From assembly GCA_044229975.1 (NCBI GenBank), contig JBGARZ010000002.1:896001-960000 (forward strand): DNA of 64,000 nucleotides, given 5' to 3'. The notes below the pieces were generated by a model. The model was given only the letters and a program-made list of their open reading frames with translations, was not told the DNA's origin and did not search any database. The translations under genes and the position numbers were made by a program. Within the stretch, counting starts at the first letter, position 1; each line of letters opens with the position of its first letter. Below, one piece after another: positions 10,776 through 21,268 of the stretch. The stretch is from Polyangiales bacterium (GTDB taxonomy: Bacteria > Myxococcota_A > Polyangia > Polyangiales > Ga0077539).

Positions 10776-12236
10776 ATGTCCCAGCAGCACTCCACCCTCC
10801 CCCGCGCGCCCTTCGCGCCGGGCGGTCCGTTCGAGATCGATCGTGAGCGCGCCCGCAAGCTCCTGACCGTGGCGCTGTCCCAGGGCGGCGACGCCGCCGA
10901 CCTCTTCGCCGAGTTCGGCCTCGGCGCCTCGATGGTCCTCGAAGAGGGCATCGTGAAGTCCGCCAGCCGCGGCGTGTCCGTGGGCGTCGGCATCCGCGTC
11001 CAGCGCGGCTTCGCGGCCGGGTACGCGTACACCGAAGACCTCTCCTGGGATGCCCTCCTCCGCGCCGCCCGCACCGCCGCGCAGATCGCCCGCGGCGACG
11101 CCCGCGAGGTCGCCGAGGTCACCGACCGCACGCACCCCGAGCGCTACGCCGTCAACGTCCCGTCCATCGTCGTCGCGGGCGCAGGCAAGCGCGACTTGCT
11201 GCTCCAGGCCGATCGCACCGCGCGCGCCACCGACTCGCGCGTGCAGCGCGTCGTGGCGTCGCTCAACGAGTCGGTGCGCGAGCTGCTCATCGCCACCAGC
11301 GACGGGCGCTTCGTGCGCGACGTGCAGCCGATGCTGCGCTTCGGCGCGCAGGTCATCGTGGAGAGCGAGGGCAAGCGCCAGTCGGGGAGCTCCGGCGGCG
11401 GAGGCCGCGTCGGGATGGAGTACTTCGACGAGCCGGGCAAGTCCGTCGACGACCACGCGCGGGAGGCCGTTCGGCTCGCCGTCGCGATGCTCGACGCGCG
11501 CGAGGCACCCGCGGGTGAGATGGAGGTGGTGCTCGGCCCAGGCGACGCGGGCATCCTGCTGCACGAAGCGGTGGGCCACGGGTTGGAGGCCGACTTCAAT
11601 CGCAAGGGCGTGAGCAACTACAGCGGTCGCGTCGGGACTCCGGTCGCGTCGTCGCTCTGCACGGTGGTTGATCGCGGCGACCTCGACCACGGGCGCGGGT
11701 CCATCAACGTCGACGACGAGGGCTTCACCCCGACGAGCACCACGCTCATCGAAAACGGAACCCTCCGCGGATACCTCCACGACACCTTCTCGGCGCGGCA
11801 CTTCGGGCTCGTCCCGACCGGCAACGGGCGGCGCGAGAGCTTCCGCAGCACCCCGATGCCGCGCATGACCAACACCCTCCTGCTGGAGGGCCCGCACGAC
11901 CCCGAGGAGATCATCCGCTCGGTGCAGAAGGGCATCTACGCGCGGCGCTTCGGCGGCGGCCAGGTGGACATCGCGTCGGGCGACTTCGTGTTCTCGCTGA
12001 GCGAGGCGTACCTCATCGAGGACGGGAAGATCACGGCGCCGGTGAAGGACGTGAACCTCATCGGCAACGGCCCCGACGCGCTGTCGAAGGTGACCATGCT
12101 GGGCACCGACCTCCAGGTGTCCGATGGCATCTGGACCTGCGGCAAGGAGGGGCAGAGCGTGCCCGTGGGCGTCGGCTGCCCGACCATCAAGATCTCGTCG
12201 ATGACCGTGGGCGGCACCGCGGTGCAGGGGCGCTGA
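10776..12236 (+). CDS. tldD: Metalloprotease TldD
   Basis: GILLHEAVGHGLEADFNRKG, PMPRMTNT, CGKEGQSVPVGVG motifs. Confidence 0.93.
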   Translation: MSQQHSTLPRAPFAPGGPFEIDRERARKLLTVALSQGGDAADLFAEFGLGASMVLEEGIVKSASRGVSVGVGIRVQRGFAAGYAYTEDLSWDALLRAARTAAQIARGDAREVAEVTDRTHPERYAVNVPSIVVAGAGKRDLLLQADRTARATDSRVQRVVASLNESVRELLIATSDGRFVRDVQPMLRFGAQVIVESEGKRQSGSSGGGGRVGMEYFDEPGKSVDDHAREAVRLAVAMLDAREAPAGEMEVVLGPGDAGILLHEAVGHGLEADFNRKGVSNYSGRVGTPVASSLCTVVDRGDLDHGRGSINVDDEGFTPTSTTLIENGTLRGYLHDTFSARHFGLVPTGNGRRESFRSTPMPRMTNTLLLEGPHDPEEIIRSVQKGIYARRFGGGQVDIASGDFVFSLSEAYLIEDGKITAPVKDVNLIGNGPDALSKVTMLGTDLQVSDGIWTCGKEGQSVPVGVGCPTIKISSMTVGGTAVQGR

Positions 12237-12243
12237 AAGACTC

Positions 12244-13602
12244 ATGAGTACCAATCAAGACGACATGCTCCGCGACCGCAGCGACACCGTGCTGCGTCGC
12301 CTCCTCGACGGCGGCGCCACGGACGCCAAGGTGGTCGCGCGCGCGGGCCAGGAACTCTCGGTGCGCGTTCGCCTCGACGAGGTCGAGCTCGTGGAAGAGG
12401 CGGGCACCTGCTCCATCGCGGTGCGCGCCTTCAAGGGCAAGCGCGTGGCGACGAGCTCCACCAACGACCTCACCCCCGACGGCCTCGACCGCCTCGTGCG
12501 CGACGCGTTGGAGCTGTGCGACCTCTCGCAGGAAGACCCCTACGCGGGCCTGCCCGACCCGAGCGAGCTCACCAAGGCGTGGGACGACCTCGGCCTGCAC
12601 GACGCCGCGTGCGATGACGTCGACGCCGACGAAGCGGTGCGTCGCTGCCAGCGCGCCGAGGCGGCCGCACGGTCGTACGACCCGCGCATCAACAACAGCG
12701 AGGGCGCGAGCTTCGGTCGCACTTCGGGTGGCTTCTACATGGCCACCAGCGGCGGCTTTCGCGGCGGCTACCGCGGCAGCTACGCGTCGCTCTCGGTGTC
12801 CCCCGTCGCCTCCGACGAGGGCGGCAAGAACCGCACGGCCAGCTACTGGTCGGCCCGCCGCCAGCTCGCGAAGCTGGAGTCCGAAGAGGCCATCGGCCGC
12901 GAGGCCGCGCGGCGCACCGTGGCGCTGCTCGGGTCGAAGCGCGTGGCCACCACGACGGCGCCGGTGGTGTTCGACCCCGACGCGGCGCGCTCGCTGCTCG
13001 GGGCCTTTGCGGGGTGCGTGACGGGCGACGCGATCTACCGCCGCAGCAGCTACCTCCTCGACCACCTGGGCGAGCGCGTGGCGAGCGACCTCGTGACGCT
13101 GGTGGATGATCCGTTGCGCATCGCGGGCCCCGGCTCGCGGCCCTTCGACGGCGACGGTTTGCCTTCGCGCAAAAACGTCGTGGTCGAGGGCGGCGTGCTC
13201 AAGACCTGGCTGCTCGACACCTACGGCGCTCGAAAGCTCGGGCTGAAGAGCACCGGCAGCAGCGCGAGCAGCACCGGGTCGGGCGCGGGCGTGTCGAACT
13301 TCTACCTGCTGCCGGGGAAGGCCACCCACGACGAGATCGTGAAGTCGACGAAGCGCGGGCTGTACGTCACCGGGATGATGGGCTTCGGCTTCAACGCCGT
13401 GACCGGCGACTTCTCCCGCGGCGCCGTGGGCTACTGGATCGAGGACGGCGAGCTCGCGTACCCGGTGTCGGAGGTGACCATCAGCCTCAACTTCCGCGAG
13501 CTCTTCGCGGCCATCGACGCCGTGGGCGACGACCTCGACCTGAAGAGCGGGGTGGCCTCGCCGACCATCCGCGTCGCGCAGATGACCATCGCCGGTAGCT
13601 GA
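12244..13602 (+). CDS. pmbA: TldE/PmbA family protein
   Basis: Follows tldD; SRPFDGDG, FNAVTGDFSRGA, PVSEVTI motifs; no HExxH. Confidence 0.9.
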   Translation: MSTNQDDMLRDRSDTVLRRLLDGGATDAKVVARAGQELSVRVRLDEVELVEEAGTCSIAVRAFKGKRVATSSTNDLTPDGLDRLVRDALELCDLSQEDPYAGLPDPSELTKAWDDLGLHDAACDDVDADEAVRRCQRAEAAARSYDPRINNSEGASFGRTSGGFYMATSGGFRGGYRGSYASLSVSPVASDEGGKNRTASYWSARRQLAKLESEEAIGREAARRTVALLGSKRVATTTAPVVFDPDAARSLLGAFAGCVTGDAIYRRSSYLLDHLGERVASDLVTLVDDPLRIAGPGSRPFDGDGLPSRKNVVVEGGVLKTWLLDTYGARKLGLKSTGSSASSTGSGAGVSNFYLLPGKATHDEIVKSTKRGLYVTGMMGFGFNAVTGDFSRGAVGYWIEDGELAYPVSEVTISLNFRELFAAIDAVGDDLDLKSGVASPTIRVAQMTIAGS

Positions 13603-13624
13603 AGAGAGACGAGAGAACACCCCG

Positions 13625-14977
13625 ATGCCCCTGGGACTGGTCTGCCACGCCGCGCGGCTCCCCGAGCTCGGCACCTCGGCGAAGGAAGCCTTCGTGCTCT
13701 TCGACGTGACCGGCACCTGGGCGGGTCCCGGGTACGGCCCTGCCTCGGAGGTGCGCGCGCCGCTCTGCCTCGCCATCGCCATCGACGCGTCGAGCTCGAT
13801 GCGAGGCGGGCGCTTCGCGCTGGCGCTCCAGGCCACCCGCGACGTGCTGTCGTCGCTCGGCCCGCAAGACCGCGTGGCCGTCGTGACCTTCGACAAAAAC
13901 GCGCGGGTGGCGGTTCCGCCGATGGCCTTCGATGTGGAGGGGGCGGCGACGGCGCGCGCGGCCCTCGACCGGCTCACCACGGGCATCGGAACCAACATCG
14001 GCGCGGGCTGGCGTGAGGCGAGCGAGGCGGTGCTGCGGGTGATGGTTCCGTACGCGGTGCGGCGGGTGCTGCTGCTCACGGACGGGTACCCGTCGCGCGG
14101 CGAAACCCAGAAGGACGCCCTCCGCGCTCGCGTGATGGAGGGCCACGCGCGCGGCGTCGAGACGAGCATCCTCGGTCTCGGTGACGGCATCGACGAGGGG
14201 CTCTGCGTCGCGCTGGCCGAGGCTGGCGAAGGGCGGTTCCACTACCTGCGGGATGAGGCAGCGCTCCCGGAGATCGTGGCGGCGGAGATCGAGGGCGCAC
14301 GCACCATCGTGGCGTCGGACGTTTCGCTGGAAGTGCAGCTCACGCCGCGGGTCGAGCGCGCGGAGATCCTGCATCGGTACCCGTGCAAGCCGGGCGAGCG
14401 CTCACTGGACGTGCGCATCGGGAGCGTGACCCGCGACGCCGCCCGCGCGGTGCTGCTCGCGGTGTCACTGAAGGACGGGACGCCCGACGCGATGCTCGGC
14501 TTCGCCACGGCGCATGGGCAGGTCGTCGAGCCGGTTGCGCCGGCGCGGCCGACGGCGCCCGGCTACGCCCACGGGACCCTCGCCGATCAGGCGAGCGGTC
14601 GGGAGGACAGCGCGCGGGTCACCCTGACTCTCGCGCCGGGCGGCGGCCCGGAGGTGTCGCGGCGACGCGTCGCGCTGGAGCTGCTGGTGCAACGAACGCT
14701 CTCGGAGGTTCGCACCGCGTGGGAGGGCCTCGACCGCGGCGACCGCGACGCCGTGGTGCGCCGACTCGATCGGGCTCGCTCGCTCCGCAAGCTCTTCGTC
14801 GAGCGCGGTCTGGTGCGCGACGACGAGCTGCTGCACATGCCCAACGTCGACGCCGTGGAGCGGGCGATGTTCAGCGCGACCGACGAGGCGAAGGAGGCGC
14901 GGCGGAAGTTCAGCTCGTGGGCGCACAACACGCAGCTGAGCTTCCTCGGGGTGCCGCCCATCGAGCGGAAGCGCTGA
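13625..14977 (+). CDS. vWA-domain protein
   Basis: MIDAS elements DASSSM, TNIGAG, LLTDG. Confidence 0.85.
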   Translation: MPLGLVCHAARLPELGTSAKEAFVLFDVTGTWAGPGYGPASEVRAPLCLAIAIDASSSMRGGRFALALQATRDVLSSLGPQDRVAVVTFDKNARVAVPPMAFDVEGAATARAALDRLTTGIGTNIGAGWREASEAVLRVMVPYAVRRVLLLTDGYPSRGETQKDALRARVMEGHARGVETSILGLGDGIDEGLCVALAEAGEGRFHYLRDEAALPEIVAAEIEGARTIVASDVSLEVQLTPRVERAEILHRYPCKPGERSLDVRIGSVTRDAARAVLLAVSLKDGTPDAMLGFATAHGQVVEPVAPARPTAPGYAHGTLADQASGREDSARVTLTLAPGGGPEVSRRRVALELLVQRTLSEVRTAWEGLDRGDRDAVVRRLDRARSLRKLFVERGLVRDDELLHMPNVDAVERAMFSATDEAKEARRKFSSWAHNTQLSFLGVPPIERKR

Positions 14978-14981
14978 GGCC

Positions 14982-16241
14982 ATGGACGCCCTCGTCGACT
15001 GGATCTCGCGCCGCGGCATGACGGCGAGCTCGATTCCGGAGCTCATCAACGAGTTCATCCAGGAGTTGAACCGCGACGGCTTTCATCTCGCGCGCGTCGT
15101 GGTGCTGGTGCGTACGCTCCATCCCCAGATCGAGACGATGCGCTTCGCCTGGGAGCCGACGGAGGTCGCGGTTCCCTTTGCCCCGGGCGAGTTCAACGTG
15201 GAGACGCGCAACGTCGCCTTCGACGGGGGCGCGATCATGGTGAACTCGTTCAGCCACGGCTCCAGCATCCGGTCGGCGGCGTACCTCTCCAGCCCCTACA
15301 AGAAGCTCGACGACGGCGCGCCGATGGTCCGCCACCGCCTCGCGGGCGTCACCACCTTCGAGTCGCCGGTCTTCGAGACCCTCGCGAAGCTCGGCGCCAC
15401 CGACTACGTCCTCTTGCCGCTCGCGACCCGCAACGCCTACGCGGGCCTGCACAACGCGATCAGCTTCGCGACGGCGCGACCCGATGGCTTGTCCGACGAA
15501 CACATCGCGCGCCTCGCGGCCATCGCGCCGCTGTTCGCGCTGTGCCTTGAGGTCCAGGTGCAGCGCTTCGTCACCGAGACGCTCCTCGCGGTCTACATCG
15601 GTCGCACCCCCGGGCAGCGTGTGCTGAGCGGACAGGTGCGAAAGGGCGACATCGAAACGATGAGCGCCGCCATCTGGTACTCCGATCTCCGCGGCTACTC
15701 CACGCTGGCCGAGAGCGCGTCGCCCGCGCAGCTCATCGCGTGGATCAACGACTACTTCGAAGCCGTCTCGCAGGAGATCCTCGGACGCGACGGGGAGATC
15801 CTGAAGTTCATCGGGGACGCCATCCTCGCGATCTTCCCGTGGGGTTCGTCGCCCGACGGGATGACCGACGCTTGCCGACGCGCGCTGGCGGCCGCGGAGA
15901 GCGCCAACGTGAAGCTCGACGAGCTCAACCGGTCGCGTGCGGTCGCCGGGCTCCCGGTGCTCGCGCACGGCATCGCGCTGCACCTGGGCGAGGTTCAGTA
16001 CGGCAACGTCGGCTCGCACCGGCGGCTGGACTTCACGGCCATGGGGTCGAGCGTCAACAAGGTCGCGCGCATCGAGGGCCTGTGCCGCTCGACCAACCGC
16101 CGACTGCTGGTGTCCGCCGAGTTCGCCGGGAAGACCACCGACGTCACATTTGCACGCGTGGGTGACTTCGCGATCAAGGGCTTCGCGGGGGAGATCTCGG
16201 TCCACGAGCCTCTTGGCGAGGCGCGCACCGCGTCGACGTGA
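14982..16241 (+). CDS. Class III adenylate cyclase with N-terminal GAF-like region
   Basis: SDLRGY, LKFIGDA, GNVG..RLDFT..VNKVARIE; the K/D residues indicate ATP specificity. Confidence 0.9.
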   Translation: MDALVDWISRRGMTASSIPELINEFIQELNRDGFHLARVVVLVRTLHPQIETMRFAWEPTEVAVPFAPGEFNVETRNVAFDGGAIMVNSFSHGSSIRSAAYLSSPYKKLDDGAPMVRHRLAGVTTFESPVFETLAKLGATDYVLLPLATRNAYAGLHNAISFATARPDGLSDEHIARLAAIAPLFALCLEVQVQRFVTETLLAVYIGRTPGQRVLSGQVRKGDIETMSAAIWYSDLRGYSTLAESASPAQLIAWINDYFEAVSQEILGRDGEILKFIGDAILAIFPWGSSPDGMTDACRRALAAAESANVKLDELNRSRAVAGLPVLAHGIALHLGEVQYGNVGSHRRLDFTAMGSSVNKVARIEGLCRSTNRRLLVSAEFAGKTTDVTFARVGDFAIKGFAGEISVHEPLGEARTAST

Positions 16242-16251
16242 CCGGATTGCC

Positions 16252-17067
16252 TCAGCGCGCGAAGCGGCTGCGGGCGCGCGCCATGACCTTCGCCGCGCCC
16301 TGGTGAAACGCCTGTGGGGCGCCCCGCTTCACCCACCACAAAAGCCGACCTTCGACGTGCGGCAGCACGTAGACCTGACCCGCCGCGGCGGAGTCGAGGG
16401 TCATGCGCGCGACATCATCGGCCGTCCACTTGCTCTGGGCCATCAGCCGGTCGACGACGCCCTTCATCTTCGGGTCGGTGCCTCGCGCGTTGGCGGCGAT
16501 GTTGGTCGGGAAGAACGACGGGCACAGCACCGTCACGCCGACGCCCGTGTTGTTGAGCTCGCCGACCAGCGTCTCGGTGATGGCGATGACCGCGGCCTTG
16601 GTCGCGTTGTACGGCGCCATGGACGGGGCGCACGCGATGCCCGCGAGGCTGGCCACGTTGATGACGTGCCCGCTGTTCTGCTGGCGCATCCCGGGGACGA
16701 ACACCTCGCACCCGTGGGCCACGCCCATGAGGTTGACGCCGACGATCCAGTCCCAGTCGTCACCGCTGACGGTGCCCATGTCGCCCGACACGGCGACGCC
16801 GGCGTTGTTGATGAGCAGGTCGACGCCGCCGAGCTTCTCGCGGGCGAAGCGCTCCAGCGCCTCGATCTCGGAGCGCTTCGACACGTCGCAGACGAAGGTC
16901 TCCATCGGCGCGCCCGTCATCAGCGCGGCCGTCTCCTTGAGCCCCTCCTCCTTCACATCGGCGCCCACGACCCGCGCACCGCGCCGCGACAGCTCCAGGC
17001 AGAACGCCCGCCCCAGCCCGCTGCCCGCCCCCGTCACGACCGCCCTCGGATGCACCACCAGCGTCAC
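16252..17067 (-). CDS. SDR family oxidoreductase
   Basis: TGAGSGLG, NNAG, YNATK; GTG start overlaps the upstream stop (GTGA). Confidence 0.92.
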   Translation of the reverse strand: MTLVVHPRAVVTGAGSGLGRAFCLELSRRGARVVGADVKEEGLKETAALMTGAPMETFVCDVSKRSEIEALERFAREKLGGVDLLINNAGVAVSGDMGTVSGDDWDWIVGVNLMGVAHGCEVFVPGMRQQNSGHVINVASLAGIACAPSMAPYNATKAAVIAITETLVGELNNTGVGVTVLCPSFFPTNIAANARGTDPKMKGVVDRLMAQSKWTADDVARMTLDSAAAGQVYVLPHVEGRLLWWVKRGAPQAFHQGAAKVMARARSRFAR

Positions 17068-19568
17068 GTCTTCACCGACCCTTCCGATGCGCCACGACCC
17101 GCAAACCGCTCGGCGCCCTCGCGCGCCCACCACTCCAGGTACTTCTGGTGCGCCCGCTCCCGCTCGCGCCGCGGCAGGTTGTAGTAGTAGCCGAAGAACT
17201 GCCCGGTCAGCTTCTTCAGCTCCTCGCTGGCCTCGTGGCGCAGCCCCGTGTCGACGTGCAGCAGCGCGTCGATGAGCCACTCCACCCGGTGCCGCGACGA
17301 CGCGTTGGACCACCAGTCGACCCAGTGCTGGGCGGTGGTGCCGAAGTCCTGTCGCGTGATGAGCACCAGCGCCCGCTGCGCCGACTGCGACAGGGGGCCA
17401 TCACGATCGGACAGCGCCGCGATGAGCAGCGGGACCGAGTCGACGTCGCGCAGCTCACCCAGCGCCGACGCCGCGCGCCGGCGCACCATCGCCGAGTCGC
17501 GGGGCTCGCGCAGGGCCGTGCGCAGCGTCGCGCCCACCGCCGCAAACTCCGGGAACCTCCGGTGCGCGCGCAGCACCTCCAGCGCCGCCGGGTGGAGCCC
17601 CTCGTCGTCGCCGAGCACGAGCAGGCTCAGCCGCGGCAGCGCCGACGGGTGCGCCACTTCGAGGAGACACAGCAGCGCGCAGAAGCGCCGATCGGCATCG
17701 TCGCTGTCGAGCGCCTCGACGAGCGCGGGCACCGCCGCCTGGCGGAACATCAGCGCCAGCCGCAGCAGCGGACCGGCGTCCTCCACGCTCGGCAGCTTGT
17801 TGAGCGGCGTCTCGCGGCTGAGCGTGTGCGACCCGGGGAAGTACCGGAAGAGCGCCGCGAGCGCGCGGTCGCCCATGCCGAGCAGCGTCGCGGCGGTGCG
17901 CTCGGAGAGCGTTCCGGAGCGGGAGGCTTCTTCGACGAGGCGATCGGCCTCGACGTCTCCCTTCGCCGCACCCTTCGCCTTCGCGCTCGCCTCTCCGCGG
18001 GCCGCTCCCGCGACCGACGGCTTGCGACGCGCCACCCCCGACAGCACGGCGGATCGAAGCGCCGCGGCCCTGGCCTCGCGATCGGGCCCCGGCGTGCGCG
18101 GCGGGCGGGAGAGCGGCGGGAGCGTGGGCTCGCGGGGTGCGAGCGGCGGCGCGGCGCTCGACCGCTTGCGCTCGACGATGAGCCGGGCGAAGGCAACTGC
18201 GCAGTCGTCGGCGAAGAGCGTGAGCTCGCGCATGACGAGGGGCGCCACCGGATCGGGGCCGAGGTCGGCCCAGAGCAGCAGCGTCACGCGACCGCGCATC
18301 GACAGCGGGATGAGCGCGGCCTCGGTCACGTCGCCCCGCCCGAGCTGACGCGCGAACTCGGCCTCGGGCTGGTCGAGGAGCTTCACGATGGCGGACTCGC
18401 CCGACGCCTTCACGGCGGCGATGGCGGGCAGCGCCTTGATGGACGCGGACACCGAGCGCACGGCTGCGCCCTCGACACCGACCCCGCGGGCGGAGAGCCC
18501 TTCGAGCGAGTCGCCCTGCACGACGCAGAGGGCGGCGTAGCGCCAGCTCTCCATCGCGTGGGTGAGGAGCGCGTCGATGACCTCCTCGCGGTCTTTCGCG
18601 ACAATGAGCGCGCGCTGGGCGCCGGTGAGGTTGTCGAGCGCGGGCATCACGGAGCCCGCGCGGCGCGACACGACCGATGGTGCCTCGACCACGGGCGTCT
18701 CGGGCAGCGGGCGCGTGGCAGGCGGCGGCGTGGTGGCGAGCGGAACGGCCACCGGCACGGTGCTGCGCCGCTGCTGATCGTCGGCGATGGGCGGCGGCGG
18801 GATGGACGGTCGCGTGCCGGGCGGGCGCTGCGCGACGGCCTCGGGGCGGGCGACGGCGACCGGGACGACGGGCGTGACGACGGAGGCTTCGGGGCTGATG
18901 GCCGCGCGGGTGGAGGTGACGTTGGGCGGCGGCTCGGAGGGCGCGGCGGCCTCGTCGTCGTCGTCGTCGTCGAGCAGGGCCGCGAGCGCCGCGATGGCAG
19001 AGTTGGCGGCCTTGGAGGGCGGCGTGGCCGACGGGGCGGTGGGGACGACCGAGACGCGGGCGCTGGGCAGCGTGACCGCGGCGAGCGAGCCCGGAGGGAC
19101 GTTGTTGAGCCGCTCGGACAGGCGCAGAAACCGTGGGGAGAGCGGCTGCTGGTAGTAGCGCCACAGGGCCCACGCGAGGCGGAACGACGTCACCGCCTGC
19201 ACCTCGACGACGACGCCCGCGGCGGCTTCGAGGGCCTTCCGGGCGCCCGCGTCGAGGTTGGCCGCGGCGATGACGAGGAGCCGCGTGGAGTCGAACGCGA
19301 GCGGGACGACCTGGTGCCGCGCCGCGAGCTCACGCGAGACGCGGGCGATGGCGACGGGGTCGGCGCCGAGGACGGCCTCGCGCGCCGCGGGGGTGAGCCC
19401 GAGCAGCGCCGCGCAGTAGCTGGAGAGGGTGTCCTCCCCGAGGGCTTCGACCTCCAGGAGGTTGGTCTCGAAGTCGCCGCCTGAAATGACCTGACGCTGA
19501 ATCGCCGCGTCGATCTTCCGGGGCGAGACGACCTGATCCTGGGTGAGGAGGGCAGAGAGGAGGGACAT
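17064..19568 (-). CDS. Multidomain protein: GspE/T2SSE N-terminal-like domain, Pro-rich linker, GAF-like domain, HEAT repeats (FrgA-like architecture)
   Basis: N-terminal LLTQDQVVS..AIQRQ..GG..ETNLLE..LAARHQVVPL; C-terminal HEAT-like RRRAASALGELRD..VPLLIAAL. Confidence 0.7.
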   Translation of the reverse strand: MSLLSALLTQDQVVSPRKIDAAIQRQVISGGDFETNLLEVEALGEDTLSSYCAALLGLTPAAREAVLGADPVAIARVSRELAARHQVVPLAFDSTRLLVIAAANLDAGARKALEAAAGVVVEVQAVTSFRLAWALWRYYQQPLSPRFLRLSERLNNVPPGSLAAVTLPSARVSVVPTAPSATPPSKAANSAIAALAALLDDDDDDEAAAPSEPPPNVTSTRAAISPEASVVTPVVPVAVARPEAVAQRPPGTRPSIPPPPIADDQQRRSTVPVAVPLATTPPPATRPLPETPVVEAPSVVSRRAGSVMPALDNLTGAQRALIVAKDREEVIDALLTHAMESWRYAALCVVQGDSLEGLSARGVGVEGAAVRSVSASIKALPAIAAVKASGESAIVKLLDQPEAEFARQLGRGDVTEAALIPLSMRGRVTLLLWADLGPDPVAPLVMRELTLFADDCAVAFARLIVERKRSSAAPPLAPREPTLPPLSRPPRTPGPDREARAAALRSAVLSGVARRKPSVAGAARGEASAKAKGAAKGDVEADRLVEEASRSGTLSERTAATLLGMGDRALAALFRYFPGSHTLSRETPLNKLPSVEDAGPLLRLALMFRQAAVPALVEALDSDDADRRFCALLCLLEVAHPSALPRLSLLVLGDDEGLHPAALEVLRAHRRFPEFAAVGATLRTALREPRDSAMVRRRAASALGELRDVDSVPLLIAALSDRDGPLSQSAQRALVLITRQDFGTTAQHWVDWWSNASSRHRVEWLIDALLHVDTGLRHEASEELKKLTGQFFGYYYNLPRRERERAHQKYLEWWAREGAERFAGRGASEGSVKT

Positions 19569-19646
19569 CAGTGGCTGCAGTAGACCATCGCAGCGCCGCG
19601 CTGCCGATGTTCACGATCGCGTATGGGCCAGAGCTCTGTCAACGCA

Positions 19647-20411
19647 TCATCGCGTCGCGCCAGAGAGATCTCCCCGAAGCACCGACAGCGCCGACAAGAA
19701 CGCCGCCGCCGTGGTCTCGGTTCGCAGGATTCTCGGCCCGAACGACACCGGCGCGAAGCCCGCGCCGCGCGCCAGCTCCACCTCCGCGGCCTCGAACCCA
19801 CCCTCCGGCCCCGCGAGAACCTCGAAGGACGTCCCGCCGACCGTCGCATCGACCGCCGACCGGAGCGGGGTGACCGCCCCCTCCCACGCGATGAGGCGCA
19901 CCGTGCCCGCATCGGCGACCTCGGCGCACAGCGACGCAAGCGACCGCGGAGCCTCGATGGACGGGACGTCGGCGCGCCCACTTTGGCGGCTGGCCTCTTC
20001 GGCGATGCGTTCCCAGCGGGTGTGGCGCGGCACCCAGCGCTCGGGCTGCTCGCGCGGAACGGAGCGCGCCGTGAAGAGCGGCGCGATGGAGGCGACCCCC
20101 AGCTCGGTGGCCTGCCGCACGATGAGGTCCATCTTGTCGCCCTTCGGGACGCCCTGAAACCAGCGCACGCGCGCCGAGTCTGCGACCACGCCCGCTTCGG
20201 GCGGACCCGCCCAGGACAGCTCCACGGCGCCCCGACCGATCGACACGACCACCGCCGTCCGCTCACGCCCCACGCCATCGAACGCGAGCACCCGATCGCC
20301 CACGCGCGCCCTCGTCACCCGCACCAGATGGTGGCCCCGGTCACCGTCGACGGTGATCGAGCCAGCGCCCCCCTCGAAGGCCGCCGGGTCGACCCTCACC
20401 CGCTCGGTCAC
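19647..20411 (-). CDS. rsmE: 16S rRNA m3U1498 methyltransferase
   Basis: HHLVRVTR, KGDKMDLIVRQATELGV, EASRQSGR, GPEGGF, ILRTETT. Confidence 0.92.
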   Translation of the reverse strand: MTERVRVDPAAFEGGAGSITVDGDRGHHLVRVTRARVGDRVLAFDGVGRERTAVVVSIGRGAVELSWAGPPEAGVVADSARVRWFQGVPKGDKMDLIVRQATELGVASIAPLFTARSVPREQPERWVPRHTRWERIAEEASRQSGRADVPSIEAPRSLASLCAEVADAGTVRLIAWEGAVTPLRSAVDATVGGTSFEVLAGPEGGFEAAEVELARGAGFAPVSFGPRILRTETTAAAFLSALSVLRGDLSGATR

Positions 20412-21268
20412 GGGCGATGGAACTCCATCCCGATCCACTCGTCCTTGCCCTCGACGTCGGCGAGCGTGAGGCCCTGCGCGACGTAGGCGTCGGTGAGCGC
20501 CGCGCGCTGCGTCGCCAGGATGCCCGACAGCACCAGTACGCCACCCGCCGCCACGCGAGACGCGACCGTCGCCGCGTTGGGCACGAGCACGCCGGCCTCG
20601 ATGTTGGCGGCGACCAGGGTCGCGACCTCGGGCACGGCATCGAAGCCACCCACCCGCAGGTCGCAGCGATCGGTGAAGCCGAGCATCGCGGCGTTTTCGG
20701 CGGCGCTCTCGACGGACTCGCGGTCGATGTCACACGCGATGGCCTTCGGGGTGCCGTGCAGGAGCGCGACGAAGGCCAGGATGCCGGAGCCGCAGCCGAG
20801 GTCGACCACCAGCGGATGGCGACCGGTGAGGGCCGCGCGCTCGATCATCTGCGCGGCGAGCGTGGTCGAGGCGTGCTGCCCGGTGCCGAAGGCGCGCCCC
20901 GGATCGAAGCGCAACAGCATGTCGCTGGGCTCGGGCGTGTACTCGGTCCACGACGGCACCACCACCACGCGGGCGGTGATGCGGGTGGGCTTCCAGTGCT
21001 CCTTCCAACCGTCGCGCCAGGCGTCGCCGACGACCATCTCCAGTCGCGCCTCGACGTCGGGCCCGAGCGCTTCGAGGGCCTCCTTCGCCGCGCTCTCTTC
21101 CGAGAAGCTGGCGACGAGGGTGACGCCTCGCGATCCGCCCTTGTGGAGGGTGGAGCCGTCGCGCTCCTCGATGCACTCCGCGCCGTACATCGTCAGCAGC
21201 CCGCTGAGGGCGTCGGACTCGTCGGGGCTCGTCTCTACGATCACCAGGGGGAAGCTCGGCTCGCTCAT
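20408..21268 (-). CDS. prmA: Ribosomal protein L11 methyltransferase
   Basis: DPGRAFGTGQHAST, DLGCGSGIL, ANI, LSGIL; adjacent to rsmE. Confidence 0.92.
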   Translation of the reverse strand: MSEPSFPLVIVETSPDESDALSGLLTMYGAECIEERDGSTLHKGGSRGVTLVASFSEESAAKEALEALGPDVEARLEMVVGDAWRDGWKEHWKPTRITARVVVVPSWTEYTPEPSDMLLRFDPGRAFGTGQHASTTLAAQMIERAALTGRHPLVVDLGCGSGILAFVALLHGTPKAIACDIDRESVESAAENAAMLGFTDRCDLRVGGFDAVPEVATLVAANIEAGVLVPNAATVASRVAAGGVLVLSGILATQRAALTDAYVAQGLTLADVEGKDEWIGMEFHRP

